A DNA stretch of 64,000 bases, taken from contig CAVQPI010000012.1 in the NCBI GenBank assembly GCA_963714735.1, forward strand, positions 295,806 to 359,805. Reading direction: 5' to 3'. The translations under genes were made by a program, and so were the position numbers. The first letter of the stretch is position 1. Each line of letters starts with the position of its first letter. Source of the stretch: an uncultured Alphaproteobacteria bacterium (GTDB lineage Bacteria > Pseudomonadota > Alphaproteobacteria > Rhizobiales > Rhizobiaceae). This document shows, piece after piece, positions 22,243 to 33,348 of this stretch. Below the pieces are notes generated by a model. It saw only the letters and a list, made by a program, of their open reading frames with translations. It was not told the DNA's origin and did not search any database.

Positions 22243-23585
22243 GCCGCCTGCCTCCTCGTCTGGCGTGAACAGATCATGCCACATGTCCCAGACCCTTGCC
22301 TGCTCGGGTAAATCCCCGGCAAAACGGCGGCGAAGTCCACGCTTGTCGGGTGGGACGATTGCGTTCTCGGCCGCGGTAACGGGATCATGCGCATAAAGCC
22401 AACGCCAGACCGTCGTGGCCAAAGGGTCGATCTGAGCCAGGCCACGCATGCGTCCGTCACGGGCACGTCGCTGGAGATCGTCACCCTCGGTCCAGAATAT
22501 GTGTGTGGCGCGCGCAGTGGTCTGAACCTTGGTAGTGCGGGGGCGTCGGCGCAGTTCGTAATCCTTCAGACCCTCGGGGATCCGGGCGGAACCGGAGCGC
22601 GCAAGCGAACTGGCAAGTACATGCGCGTCTTCCAGCGCCTGACACGCGCCCTGCGCCAGATATGGCAGCATGGCATGGGCCGCGTCGCCCAGAAGGGTAA
22701 CACGCCCGCGTGTCCATTCGGGCAGCGGGTCGCGGTCGAACAGACCGGTGACAAACGCCTTGTCAATCCGACTTATAAAATTCGACAGGCGTGGTTCGGC
22801 ACCTGCCAGGGAGGCGCGAAGATCCCCCAAGTCTGCGGTTTCGTCCCAGGCTTCGCGGTGCACTTCTGTGACCGGCACCACCCCGCCAAAGTTGAACAGC
22901 GTATTCGGCCGGACCCAGTAACCCCAGACCATCCGGTCCTTTCCGGCCCACCCGTAAAACCGCTCCTTGAAGTCCAGATCCGCAATCCGGTCGGCGGGAA
23001 CCAACGCCCGCCAGACCAGCTTGCCCGAAAATGTCGTTTCGCCATCGCCCACCAGAGCCCGGCGTATTACCGAATGAATACCGTCAGCGCCGATCAGGAC
23101 ATCGCCGTGCAGCACCTCGCCCGATTGCAGGTTGACACTGACGCCGCTCCCGTCCTGGGTAAAGCCCTCGACACGGCTGTTCAGGCGCAAGGTGGCGGCG
23201 GGGATCGCGGCTGACAAAATCGACAGCAAATCGGCCCTGTGGAACTGATAGAATGGCTGGCCGTAGCGTTCCGCAGCGCGGGGGCCCAGTGGCATGTCCG
23301 AAATCACTTCACCGCTGTCAAAGTCCAACACACGAAACGAGACTGGCTTTACTCCAACAGCGTCTGCTTGCGGTAGAAGCCCCAGCGCCTGTAGCACGAC
23401 AGCCCCATTGCTGGAGATCTGAACGCCCGCTCCACTTCCTGCAACGCCCCGGCCTGTTCCAGCACCGTCACCTCAAATCCTCGCCTGAGGCAACTGAGCG
23501 CAGCCGCCAGCCCACCTATGCCTGCTCCTGCGATGATGACATGCATGCGCTCGTGTCCTTGTCCGAGATTTTCGTGGTGATCCAT
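22243..23585 (-). CDS. FAD-dependent aromatic monooxygenase (salicylate/3-hydroxybenzoate hydroxylase-like); the N-terminal GxGxxG piece is in a different frame
   Basis: The N-terminal piece has HVIIAGAGIGGLAAAL at 23349-23672. The body has GADGIHSVIR and the C-terminal WLYAHD region. Confidence 0.7.
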
Positions 23586-24159
23586 ATTTCTCCTGTGGGT
23601 CGAAGTAAACTTTGTTGTCAAGTGATCAGCGCACAAGCCAAGAGGTCTCCAAGGCCGCATCAACAATGGCAAGGTCGACCAGCATGGATCAATCAGACAT
23701 TTAAGACATGGGACGATCGGACGTTCAAGTCAGCCGATCGGTCCGCGGCGATTCCGGTCACTTCGCCGTCTTGACGCCTCTGATATGGTAATTGCAAATC
23801 CGGTTTCCTCCTTCATCGATGAGCTTTTGGTTGATGCGGACTCCATCATACTCGAACAACCGGGCTCTATACCCACATAGCTACCATATGTTTTTCCTAT
23901 AGCGATCAGATCAGAAACGTATTTGAGATCGTTGCGTGAAAGATGGAGCCTTTGTGCTTGCAAGGCCTTTTCGCCTGGCAGGGAGGGACCATGATGTTAC
24001 ATCCGTTCAACATGGAGCTGATACCGTCACGAACAGAGGAATTGACGATTGGTGATCATGCCTGCCAGTCAGACCCTATCGTGACGAACTCCACGCTCCC
24101 CCTTGCCTGCATTCGGGTGATACGCCTTTTCCACACGTGCCGGAGGAAGAGGTGATTTC

Positions 24160-25104
24160 ATGGATTCACGCCAGTTAAGATATTTTCGCGAGATCATTGA
24201 CCGGGGATCCATGAGCGGCGCGGCACGCAGCCTTGGTATTGCCCAACCCTCCCTGTCCCTCCTGGTGCGAAGCCTGGAAGAAAGCCTTGGAACCGAGTTA
24301 CTGATCCGCACGGCACGCGGCGTCTCAGCGACCGAGGCCGGTGTTCGGCTGCATCATCATGCCTGCCACGTGGAGACATACATCAACTCGGCGCGACAGG
24401 AAGTAATGGGCATCGGTTCGGAGCCTTCTGGAAGGGTACTTTTCGGAATGCCACCCTCTGTCTCCATGGCCCTGTCAATTCCCATGGCAGAAACCATTCG
24501 CATCGAAATGCCAAAAGTACAGCTTGGTGCCATTGAAGCTATGTCCGGCCATTTGAGGGAATGGCTTCTGCGCGAGGAACTCGACCTCGCTCTTCTCTAT
24601 GACAACACGAATATAGGTGATTGTTTCCACTCACTGCTCGTGACTGAGGACCTGTGGTTCTACTCTTCAAATGATGGCTGGCCTTTCGAGACGGCTCCGG
24701 GAGAACCAGTCGACCTTGCTCAGGTTTTCAAGACCGAACTTGTGCTGCCATCCCAAAGGCACGGCCTACGGATTTTCATCGACCGGGTTGCACAGCTTGA
24801 ACGTCTGACCCCGCTGGTGGCAATCGAAATGGACTCAATGACCCAGATCAAGGCTCTAGTGGAGCGCAATAGTGGCTATACTATTCTTTCACCTGCTGCA
24901 GTGCATGACCGTGTGACCAGCGGTGACCTGATCGGCAGTCCGATTGCCAATCCGCACCTGCGACGGAATGTTCATCTGGTGCGCAGCGGAACTTCCGGTG
25001 TAACGCGTGCTTGCCGGCAAACAGAGGAAACCTGCCGAGTGGTAGTAGCAGACCTGGTCGCCAGAGGTATCTGGCCAGGCGCCCAATTACCTGACGCAGC
25101 ATAA
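24160..25104 (+). CDS. LysR-family transcriptional regulator
   Basis: N-terminal HTH LRYFREIIDRGSMSGAARSLGIAQPSLS. 314 aa. Paralogous to the regulator at 44821-45771. Confidence 0.85.
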   Translation: MDSRQLRYFREIIDRGSMSGAARSLGIAQPSLSLLVRSLEESLGTELLIRTARGVSATEAGVRLHHHACHVETYINSARQEVMGIGSEPSGRVLFGMPPSVSMALSIPMAETIRIEMPKVQLGAIEAMSGHLREWLLREELDLALLYDNTNIGDCFHSLLVTEDLWFYSSNDGWPFETAPGEPVDLAQVFKTELVLPSQRHGLRIFIDRVAQLERLTPLVAIEMDSMTQIKALVERNSGYTILSPAAVHDRVTSGDLIGSPIANPHLRRNVHLVRSGTSGVTRACRQTEETCRVVVADLVARGIWPGAQLPDAA

Positions 25105-25224
25105 ATACCGGATATACCCCCCCGACTGACACCTTATTGGTTCTGCCAGAATCGAACGATTAAGCTTTGCGACAAGTGTCAAACACCGGCAGCTTTTTGC
25201 CGGGCGTGCCGGGAATGCATTGTC

Positions 25225-26064
25225 ATGAGCGAGCAAACCATCGTCCCTGCGGAAATAATCGCTGAATGCCAGGCGGCAATCGGGCGAAGCCGGGAAAACG
25301 AGGATTCACTAGCGCCAGAGGCTGCTGACAAGCTGGCAATTCTGCTTGGGGAAACCGAACTGGGCGACTTCCTCCCTCCGACCTATCACTGGGCCTATTT
25401 CAATCGCGGGATAGGTGCCGATGATATCGGAGATGACTTGCATGAGAGGACCGGGATATTTCTGCCGGCAGCTCCTTTCAACCGGCGCATGTGGGCCGCT
25501 GGAGAGCTATCGATCCTTCAACCACTGCGCATTGGCAACACAGCGATAAAGCGCTCAACAATCAGCGACGTTGCGTTCAAATCCGGCAGTTCCGGCCAGA
25601 TGTGCTTCGTGACCGTGACCCACGAGATTGATCAGGGTGGCGCGCCCTGTATCAGGGAGAAACAGACAATCGTCTATCGCGACCGCGGTGCGCCGGAAGC
25701 AGCCCTGCGCGAGGCTAATGATCCGGTGCCGGAAGGCTATCAGATTTATCCCGACCATCAACTTTTCTTCTATTCGGCGATTACCCATAACGGACACCGA
25801 ATACACTGGGATCGTGACTTCTGCCGTGAAACCGAAGGTTATCCGGATCTGGTTGTCCACGGGCCCATGATGGCGACACAGTTATGCGAAGCCATGCGAA
25901 ACAATGAGCTGGCGCCGCTAAGACTGAAATACAGGGCACAGGCCCCAGTATTCGTCACATCGCCGGTACGGATAATTGCGGGGAAGGAAGGAATGGAGCG
26001 AGAAGGCAGGATCGAACGCATGGACGGCATTGTTTCCATGAGTGCCAGTTTGTTTTTGCTTTGA
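25225..26064 (+). CDS. double-hotdog MaoC-like dehydratase (itaconyl-CoA hydratase Ich-like)
   Basis: 279 aa with an N-terminal non-catalytic and a C-terminal catalytic hotdog arrangement. It clusters with ict/ccl/PrpD-family genes. Confidence 0.6.
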   Translation: MSEQTIVPAEIIAECQAAIGRSRENEDSLAPEAADKLAILLGETELGDFLPPTYHWAYFNRGIGADDIGDDLHERTGIFLPAAPFNRRMWAAGELSILQPLRIGNTAIKRSTISDVAFKSGSSGQMCFVTVTHEIDQGGAPCIREKQTIVYRDRGAPEAALREANDPVPEGYQIYPDHQLFFYSAITHNGHRIHWDRDFCRETEGYPDLVVHGPMMATQLCEAMRNNELAPLRLKYRAQAPVFVTSPVRIIAGKEGMEREGRIERMDGIVSMSASLFLL

Positions 26065-26098
26065 CAGATGTATCTATCAGATGCCGGTAAAGGAGCGG

Positions 26099-27430
26099 TC
26101 AGCGCGACAGCGCCTTCCCGATTTCATCAGCCTTCGTCAGGTCAAGCCTGGCAAATTGGTCCCATAGCTGCGCTCCCCGCTCGCCAATGACAGCCTCCGC
26201 CTTGCTGCGAAGCTTTTTCGCCAGCACATTCGGTTCCACCCACGCTGCCAGATCGTGATAGATTTCGACCTTGCTACCGTCAACCATACGAAGCACTGCG
26301 CGCACTTCGAGGTCAGTCAACCCATCATCACCCGTAACGCTAACCCGCCGGGCAAAGGCTGAAATCGCCGGATCACTTGCGATGGCGTCGGTGTAAATCC
26401 GGTCATCCCCTGTTTTGTCACCACGAAGCGTCATTGCAGCCAGCCAGTTATAGCTGAACTTCACTTCCAGCCCGGTGCGCGGCTGCTTGATATCGCAGAC
26501 CGTCAACCAGCGCGGATTGGTAGTGAGCTCGAAGCTGGCGATTTCTTCAAGCCCAACACCCACCAATTCCTCATTATCCAATAGAGCCTCGATCATGGCG
26601 TGCAAGCCATGGCAACACGCATGCAGCTTGTACTTGTTGTCTTCGAACAGGAAAACGCCCTTCTGGGCCAGGCCCTGCATGCCCTCTGTGTCTGGATGAT
26701 GTGTCTGCACAAACCCCTGGATCCCCATGATCCCATCGTCTGCCGACGTCATGCCAAGCTGCGCCAGCCTGGCACACTCAACACCATTTGCTGCGGCAAG
26801 ACCTGCATTATAGGGCTTGCCCATGGTCCCAAACTGCGATTTGAGGCCTGAGGCCCGTGTTGCACAAAGACCTAGGGCGTTTCGCATCTGGTCTGCATTG
26901 AGGCCGTATAACCTGCCCGAGGCAACGGTCGCGCCGAAGGCCCCTGCGGTCGCTGTTTGATGAAATCCGTGATTGTAATGACTGCGCCCAAGAACCATAC
27001 CGATCCGGATTGCCGATTCCGCACCCACAAGAAAAGCTTCCAGCAATTGGCTTGCAGTTGCACCGGTTTCTTCCGCCACAGCAAGTGCTGCCGGATATAT
27101 GCCAACCGAAAGGTGCCCTACATGGGCGAAATGGGTATCGTCATAGTCCAGTGCGTGGCTGGTTGTGCCATTCACCAGGGCCGCCATACGAGAAGGCGCT
27201 TTTCCACCTCCAAACAACGAAGAGGCAGGGTTCCCGCCTTCATCTTCAGCCAATTTATGCAGCTTTCGGGAAACAGGTTCATTGATCGCCGCTATGCCGC
27301 ATGCCATCCAGTCCAGTAGGGAAAAACGCGCAAGCAACAATGCCCTTTGGGAAAGCCGCATGGAGGGAAGAGCCGCAATTTCGATTATCTGTTCTGTAAG
27401 TGCCATGTGTCTAAACCTGAATCTGGCCAC
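26099..27430 (-). CDS. MmgE/PrpD-family protein
   Basis: 443 aa with a family-typical N-terminal helical domain (LDWMACGIA...HALDYDDTH). Confidence 0.8.
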   Translation of the reverse strand: MARFRFRHMALTEQIIEIAALPSMRLSQRALLLARFSLLDWMACGIAAINEPVSRKLHKLAEDEGGNPASSLFGGGKAPSRMAALVNGTTSHALDYDDTHFAHVGHLSVGIYPAALAVAEETGATASQLLEAFLVGAESAIRIGMVLGRSHYNHGFHQTATAGAFGATVASGRLYGLNADQMRNALGLCATRASGLKSQFGTMGKPYNAGLAAANGVECARLAQLGMTSADDGIMGIQGFVQTHHPDTEGMQGLAQKGVFLFEDNKYKLHACCHGLHAMIEALLDNEELVGVGLEEIASFELTTNPRWLTVCDIKQPRTGLEVKFSYNWLAAMTLRGDKTGDDRIYTDAIASDPAISAFARRVSVTGDDGLTDLEVRAVLRMVDGSKVEIYHDLAAWVEPNVLAKKLRSKAEAVIGERGAQLWDQFARLDLTKADEIGKALSR

Positions 27431-27597
27431 ACATTATCACAGTGCAGACAAATCCGGACAGGCGAATGGTGGGTATATGCGTGGTATTATATTGCCATAA
27501 TGCCAGCCTATCGGCAAATGAGTGAACTTTTTGGCAGGCAGGCCAGTGGTACAACAAGGCAAGATCGAATTGCAGGAAAAACAGGAGGTCCAACCCC

Positions 27598-28029
27598 ATG
27601 TCGCAGAACATGTCAGATAATAATATGGATCAACATCACTTTTTGCTTCCTCAGTTCCCAAGGGAGCTGGGCGTCGTACTGGAAGAGGTTGACAAGGATC
27701 TTGTGGTGGCGAGCATGGTGGTTACCGCCAGCCACAATAATCGCAATGGTGTCATGCATGGCGGCGCTATCATGGCTTTGACCGACACGCTTGGCGGCGT
27801 GGCTGCGGCAGTCAATCTGGCAGAAGGTGAACGTACTACTACTGTAGAAAGCAAGACCAGTTTTCTCAGACCTATTGCGATTGGTGAAACGATCAAAGCG
27901 CGCTGCGAACCCGTAAAGAAAGGCCGGAAAATTTCAATCTGGCAAACAACCGTTTATCGTCAGGACGGAAAAGCCTGTGCCTTGACACTTCAGACCCAGA
28001 TGACATTGACGGCTGAAGATTTGCGATAG
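27598..28029 (+). CDS. PaaI-family hotdog thioesterase
   Basis: Motif NGVMHGGAIMALTDTLGG. 143 aa. Confidence 0.75.
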   Translation: MSQNMSDNNMDQHHFLLPQFPRELGVVLEEVDKDLVVASMVVTASHNNRNGVMHGGAIMALTDTLGGVAAAVNLAEGERTTTVESKTSFLRPIAIGETIKARCEPVKKGRKISIWQTTVYRQDGKACALTLQTQMTLTAEDLR

Positions 28030-28057
28030 GCCTGCATGCCAATCCGGCAAGCCACAT

Positions 28058-29944
28058 CTAGCCGGTACGGCGGGCAGGTGCCCGCGCCCTGTTCTGCCTC
28101 GCGACCACCCGCGACAGACCGGCGGCCAACCAGTCAGGCGTCTTGCGACCGGGAGTCCCCCCAACTTCTATCGGCTTTATCAGTTCAAAGCTGGTACGGC
28201 CCAGCCCAAGTCTGTAGGCCAGCCACCAGACAAGCACCACGCCCAGCAACCAGAAGAGGATCTGCCAAACCCACAGTGAGGGAATGCCGAGCGTTGCGCT
28301 GGTCGGGCTGAAGATCGGATCGCTGAAGAAGGTATTGCCAAGGACAGCACCTGGACCATAGGCCAAAAATGCCCACAACAACAGCATTGCCCAGAAAGGA
28401 CCTCGCCCACCAGGTTTTAGGCGTGTTGCCTCATACATCGCATCATGCAAGCGATCACGCTCATAACGGTCAGCAGATTTGAGAGTAACCGCTGAGGCGA
28501 GCAACACAAACATCAGATTGATCTCCAGCCCCCAGGCGGCTGAATGAATGGTCAGTGGCCACCGTCCCCATGGCAGGTCCACAAACAGGCCTTCAAAGAG
28601 TATAAGTCCCGCAGGTTCAGTAAAAAAGACAATGAGGAGGCCTACAATCAGGCCGGCCAGTACTGCCCCGCGACTGATCCATCGAAAAAGCGTCAGGCCC
28701 AGCAGCGCGGGAATGATCTGGACAGTCATGGGCAGGGCAAGGCTTCCGAGAATGGCTGAAACAAGTGGCATGAAGGCTGCCATCATTGCCAGCAGAAAGA
28801 AGCATACGCCCAGCGCCACGCGCGCCGCAAACCGCTGGCCGTTTGGTGACAGGGCAGGAAGCAGAAAAGCCAGTACAAACTCCCTGACAAAGAGCAAGGT
28901 TCCTCCTGTCACGAAGAACGAAATCGCCAACAGGGGACCAATCAAAAGTAGAAGGACAAACGCCGCGCCCGCCAGCGGTTCTATGGAAAAAAACTGTTCG
29001 ACAAGTTCGAAAGTTCCAGTTGGCATGCGAGAGGCCAGAACAGGTGCGGCGATAAGCAGAATGCCGCTGGCCAGTCCCGCAGTCAGCCAAACCGCTGACA
29101 AACCAAGGCTGCCGCCCTGCCTGGTTGTCTGTCCGAGGTAAAGGGCGGCCGGGCTCAATACAACGCCCAGGAGTGCAAGTGTCCATGAAGACAGCGCGAC
29201 AGTAGTAAACAGGCCACCAGTCGGAACTTCCTTGCCAACCCCGGCACTATACTGGATCACGCCAGGTATCCGGTCCCAGAAAACACCGTCTGCCACCCCG
29301 ATCGCAACCGCGGGAAATCCGGCTCCCTGAAATGTAACCTCGGCAAACAATGCGGAACCTGGCAGCAATAGTGCCAGCAAAACCGCCTGCATCGCCAGCG
29401 TCACAATGGTTGCCCGCCATCCGCCGATGATTGCTGGTATGGCAAGGGAAATGGCCAGCAACCAGACGCCGGCAATCCGGGGTATTACCCCGTTGGTAGC
29501 TGATTCAAGCGTAGTCGCGGCAAATGAAAGGAGATTGGCGGAGAAAGGCAAGGCAAAAAGAACGGCCAAACCCAGAATAACAATCCTGAACGTGATTGAA
29601 CCGTAAAACTTGCCCAGTGCCTCGCCCGGTGTTTCCAGGCCGGCTACCCGCGTTGCGAACCAAAGCCGGTTCCAGACCAGAAGCGCAGCCATGGCAGCAA
29701 GCACGATACCGACTGCGAGATGCGCGGCCTGCAATCCGTAATCGGCAACCAGCAGCAGGTGCCGCTCGAGATCAAGACCTGAAACCACCAGTGCTGGCAA
29801 AAGAAACATGGGCGCCCATGCCGGAAGGGAATTTCCACCGTTCAGGAATTCGCCGGGAGGCGAACCCAGCCGTGCGGTCCTTGCCGCAATGTACAGGCCA
29901 TATAGCGACAGGCCGATCAACAATAACAACAACATTGGTGTCAT
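28058..29944 (-). CDS. sodium:solute symporter-family membrane transporter (about 13-14 TM)
   Basis: 628 aa polytopic protein. The N-terminal segment GEFLNGGNSLPAW resembles the SSF FLAGRSLG motif. Confidence 0.5.
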   Translation of the reverse strand: MTPMLLLLLIGLSLYGLYIAARTARLGSPPGEFLNGGNSLPAWAPMFLLPALVVSGLDLERHLLLVADYGLQAAHLAVGIVLAAMAALLVWNRLWFATRVAGLETPGEALGKFYGSITFRIVILGLAVLFALPFSANLLSFAATTLESATNGVIPRIAGVWLLAISLAIPAIIGGWRATIVTLAMQAVLLALLLPGSALFAEVTFQGAGFPAVAIGVADGVFWDRIPGVIQYSAGVGKEVPTGGLFTTVALSSWTLALLGVVLSPAALYLGQTTRQGGSLGLSAVWLTAGLASGILLIAAPVLASRMPTGTFELVEQFFSIEPLAGAAFVLLLLIGPLLAISFFVTGGTLLFVREFVLAFLLPALSPNGQRFAARVALGVCFFLLAMMAAFMPLVSAILGSLALPMTVQIIPALLGLTLFRWISRGAVLAGLIVGLLIVFFTEPAGLILFEGLFVDLPWGRWPLTIHSAAWGLEINLMFVLLASAVTLKSADRYERDRLHDAMYEATRLKPGGRGPFWAMLLLWAFLAYGPGAVLGNTFFSDPIFSPTSATLGIPSLWVWQILFWLLGVVLVWWLAYRLGLGRTSFELIKPIEVGGTPGRKTPDWLAAGLSRVVARQNRARAPARRTG

Positions 29945-30408
29945 CGCCGCCCTCCGCGATGGGGTAGGCGAGAAGAAGCTCGTGGATTGTTGTTTCGGAT
30001 CACATCGAAGCGATCAAAAGCCCCGCGAGCGCCGAAGGCGATCACCATGTAGCACAAGACCACAAGCACTATTGCAAACAGTCCAATTCCAACAGGCAGC
30101 ATCATGCGCTCGACCAACTCCTTCGACCCGAAAAACAGCGTCGAGAAATATGCGGTCAGGGAAACAGCAAATGCAAAAATGCCAAATGCCCTCTCGCCAG
30201 CGGAAAACCCGGTTTTCAAAACAGCATTGGCTATGACATGGCAACAAAAGGCGGCGATGAGCATTACAAATCCGGCGCCTATCCAGCAGTTGCCATCAGC
30301 TTGCATTCCCTTGTGAATAAGGATTACAGCAATGAAGGCTGACGGTGTCCAGATCGCCATCACCAGACCATGCCGATCCATCCGGTCCTGTGGAGTCATC
30401 TCGGCCAT
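29941..30408 (-). CDS. small membrane protein translationally coupled to the symporter (possible symporter small subunit)
   Basis: 155 aa with 4 predicted TM helices. A 4-nt overlap with the downstream symporter gene. Confidence 0.45.
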   Translation of the reverse strand: MAEMTPQDRMDRHGLVMAIWTPSAFIAVILIHKGMQADGNCWIGAGFVMLIAAFCCHVIANAVLKTGFSAGERAFGIFAFAVSLTAYFSTLFFGSKELVERMMLPVGIGLFAIVLVVLCYMVIAFGARGAFDRFDVIRNNNPRASSRLPHRGGRR

Positions 30409-30427
30409 CTCTCACACCTGAAAGGCA

Positions 30428-32621
30428 TCAGTCGTCACTATCATCTCCCGGCTTGGGCGGGAAATTCTTGAACTGCATACCACCGGCAGCGCCAAGGTTC
30501 TTCAATGGCAGCCCGATCTCTTCCATCAGCCCGTCAACGAAAGCGACCTGGGTGCGATACTTCATTGCAGAATTGACCACCTGATCAGGGATATTGCCGC
30601 CATTGCCTCCGCCACCCTTTCCGGATCCGCCATCTGAAGGGCTGTTGAGACCCGGCAGACCATCGACCTGAAGGATTTTGATCGATTCGATATTCTCCAT
30701 CGGCTTGACCTGTTCACGGATGATCTCCGGCAACCGGTTCACAACACCCTCAAGCACGGCGCTGCGGCGGCTTTCCTCGCTCCGCAGGTTTTCTGCTTCG
30801 TTAAGTTTGCGGTTGCCACCGGCGTCCACCTCGTAGCGATATTCTGCTGCCTTGGCTTCGGCAATATCAGCTTCTGCACGGTGTTCGCTGGCCTGTCGCT
30901 CTGCCTCCGACTGCTTGATCAGGCGGATCGTGTCACGCTCTGCCCGGGCCTCGGCATCGATGATTTCAACAGACTTGGCCCTTGTAGCCTTCTCTTCAGC
31001 CCGCGCAGATTCGATCTTTTCCTGGGTAAGCGCCAGGGAGCGCTGTGCCTCTGCCTCTTTCGTACGAACAACCGCCTCGTCGATAGCCTTGTTGACAACT
31101 GCGATCAGGCGTTCCTTGTCGGCGAGTTCGGTTTCCATCGATTGCTCGATCTCGAAGCGTTCGATGTATTTGCGGGCCGCAACGCGCAATTCCTCAATTT
31201 CGCGCTCAGCGACGACCTTTGCGTCTTCAATTTCACGGAAACTGGCTGTTTCAGCCAGCCTGATATTGTGCTGGCGCCGGATATCGCGTGCACGGATTTC
31301 CTCTTCCATTTTCAAGCGTTCCTGTTCAACCGCAAGCTTTTTGGCCAGTGCAGCCCGCTCTGCTTCGCCCTTGGCGTTCTCAGTAATGATTTCCGAGTTC
31401 CCGCTCACGTTCTACTTCGCTCATCTCGATCAGTTTGCCGGTTTCGATGCGAGCCTTCTCAACATCTTCCCTGGTTGCAATGCGGGCAGTTTCCACATCG
31501 CCCTCAGCCTTTGTCTCGAAGAGCGCGATATGCTGACGCGACCTGATTTCGGCTTCCCGGATTTCATGCTCGCGAAGGATGCGCTCAGCCTCGACTTGCT
31601 GTCGTGTCTGAATGCGCTCACTTTCAAGCTTTGCCTTTGATCCGATCTCGACGAGTTCGGTTTCTCGATGACGCTCGATTTCCAGTGCCTTGACTTCATT
31701 CTCAGAGCGAATTCGCTCTCCATCAATAACCAGGCCTTTGGCGATTTGTGCACGTTCGGTTTCTTCTTCCGCCTTCACTCGGGCCTGGGAAATGGCGATG
31801 AGGGAACTGGATCGTTCTGCCTCGATTGCAGATGCCTGCTGAGCCTTTCGGGATTCCAGATCCCGCACCTGGTCTATGCGTACATATTCCAGGTCCCGGT
31901 CGATTTCGATCACCTTCTGCTCGGCCTCGAAGTCGCGAATTCTTATCTGAACCTTGGTCTCATTCTCGATTTCATTGCGCAGTTTGCGACGCGCTTCCGT
32001 TTCGCGGATGATGAGCGTGAGGCCTTCGGCATCAAAATGGTTTGTAGGATCAAAGACCGATACATCCGCCTGGTCCAGCGAAGTGAGCGAGGCTGTTTCC
32101 AGTTCGAGACCGCTGGTATTGAGTACGCCGCGGACAAGTTCAGAGACATTTGTGATATAGCCTGCACGATTTTCATGGATATCGTCCATCGTCATGGAGG
32201 CTGCCACGTTTGCCATGGCATCGATCAGACGACCCTGGATGACCTCCTTCAAGGCCATCGGGTCCTGCGTGCGGGAACCGAGCGAACGGGCGGCCCAGGA
32301 GACCCCCTCCTCTGTCGGAATTACCCTGACATAGAACTCTGTCGTTATATCCACGCGGATCTTGTTCTTGGTAATGAGCGACTGCTCGCCCTGCCTGCGG
32401 ATCTCGATTGGAATGGCGTTCATGTTCACGACGGTGATGTCGTGAATGATGGGGATCACGAGTGCGCCGCCACCCATGATGACCCGTTCACCGCCCGAGC
32501 CGGTGCGCACGAAACTCTGATCCTTTGACGAATGGCGATACAGCCAGTGCAGCAGGTATACGCCCACAGCGATCAGGATCGTCAAGAGAATGATGATGGC
32601 GATAATGTCAGCGCCTGTCAT
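30428..32621 (-). CDS. flotillin/SPFH (band-7) family protein, unusually long (about 730 aa if joined); split by an apparent frameshift near 31380-31408
   Basis: A TM anchor (IIAIIILLTILIAVGVYLL), an SPFH domain, and long EA-rich coiled-coil flotillin repeats across two overlapping ORFs. Confidence 0.7.
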
Positions 32622-32649
32622 GGTTCTATTCCTTTTCTTGCCGGAGCGG

Positions 32650-33339
32650 TCAGTACCGTTCCTGCCCGGCGACAGCCAGGACGATGAGGGATGGGATAAT
32701 GAGGTTGACGATGTCGAAGACCGTATAAAGCACGATAATTGCAGGTGCCTGGCCGACACCGATAACGACGTCGACAAAATGCAGCACCGGATAAGCTGCC
32801 CAGCCGACTGTCATGAGCAGACGTATCCAGAAATAGCCGAAGCGCACCGCGCGGGAAGACTTGCGAACCGCATCCGCCATCGCGCCGAAATACATCTCGC
32901 CAAGAATATACAGCCAGAAACCGATGGAAATGAGCGCACCCAATGTCGGATTGAAGAAGGATGCGTCACCGAGCCAGCGGCCAAAGGTCATCAGGACTGA
33001 TGCACCGAGAATGCGCCAGAATACGCCGACAGGAACAGGACTCTGGATTCTTGTGTAGAAATAGATCGCTGCCACCTGCAACGTATGCACGCTGTACCAG
33101 GCCGAAAAGCGTGCTCCGGCGCTTGCCTCACTGGAGGTAAACCAGAACCCGGCTGCGCCAGCATAATAGATGGCCGTCAAAAGACAGGCCGCGCCGACCA
33201 GTGCAACAGGCACGCGCCAGCGTTCATTGGACCAACTCATGCCGACAAAACACAGGATTGCTGCTGCCAGGCTCATCATTGCGAGCGCTGTCAGGGATGT
33301 CGAAACGACGTCTTTGGATGCATAAAGGGTTGTGAACAT
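32650..33339 (-). CDS. 7-TM inner-membrane protein immediately upstream of flotillin (YqiJ/NfeD-like positional analogue)
   Basis: 229 aa with seven hydrophobic helices. About 30 nt from the flotillin start, as in yqiJ-yqiK / yuaF-floT operons. Confidence 0.5.
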   Translation of the reverse strand: MFTTLYASKDVVSTSLTALAMMSLAAAILCFVGMSWSNERWRVPVALVGAACLLTAIYYAGAAGFWFTSSEASAGARFSAWYSVHTLQVAAIYFYTRIQSPVPVGVFWRILGASVLMTFGRWLGDASFFNPTLGALISIGFWLYILGEMYFGAMADAVRKSSRAVRFGYFWIRLLMTVGWAAYPVLHFVDVVIGVGQAPAIIVLYTVFDIVNLIIPSLIVLAVAGQERY

Positions 33340-33348
33340 TTCGTTTCC

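Noticed and set aside
32650-33339. Possible microbial rhodopsin (7 TM, about 230 aa, WAAYPV motif in helix 6)
   Set aside because: There is no lysine in the seventh helix (VFDIVNLIIPS instead of D..AK), and the helix-3 RY.DW motif is degenerate. The upstream-of-flotillin context fits a YqiJ/NfeD-like protein better.
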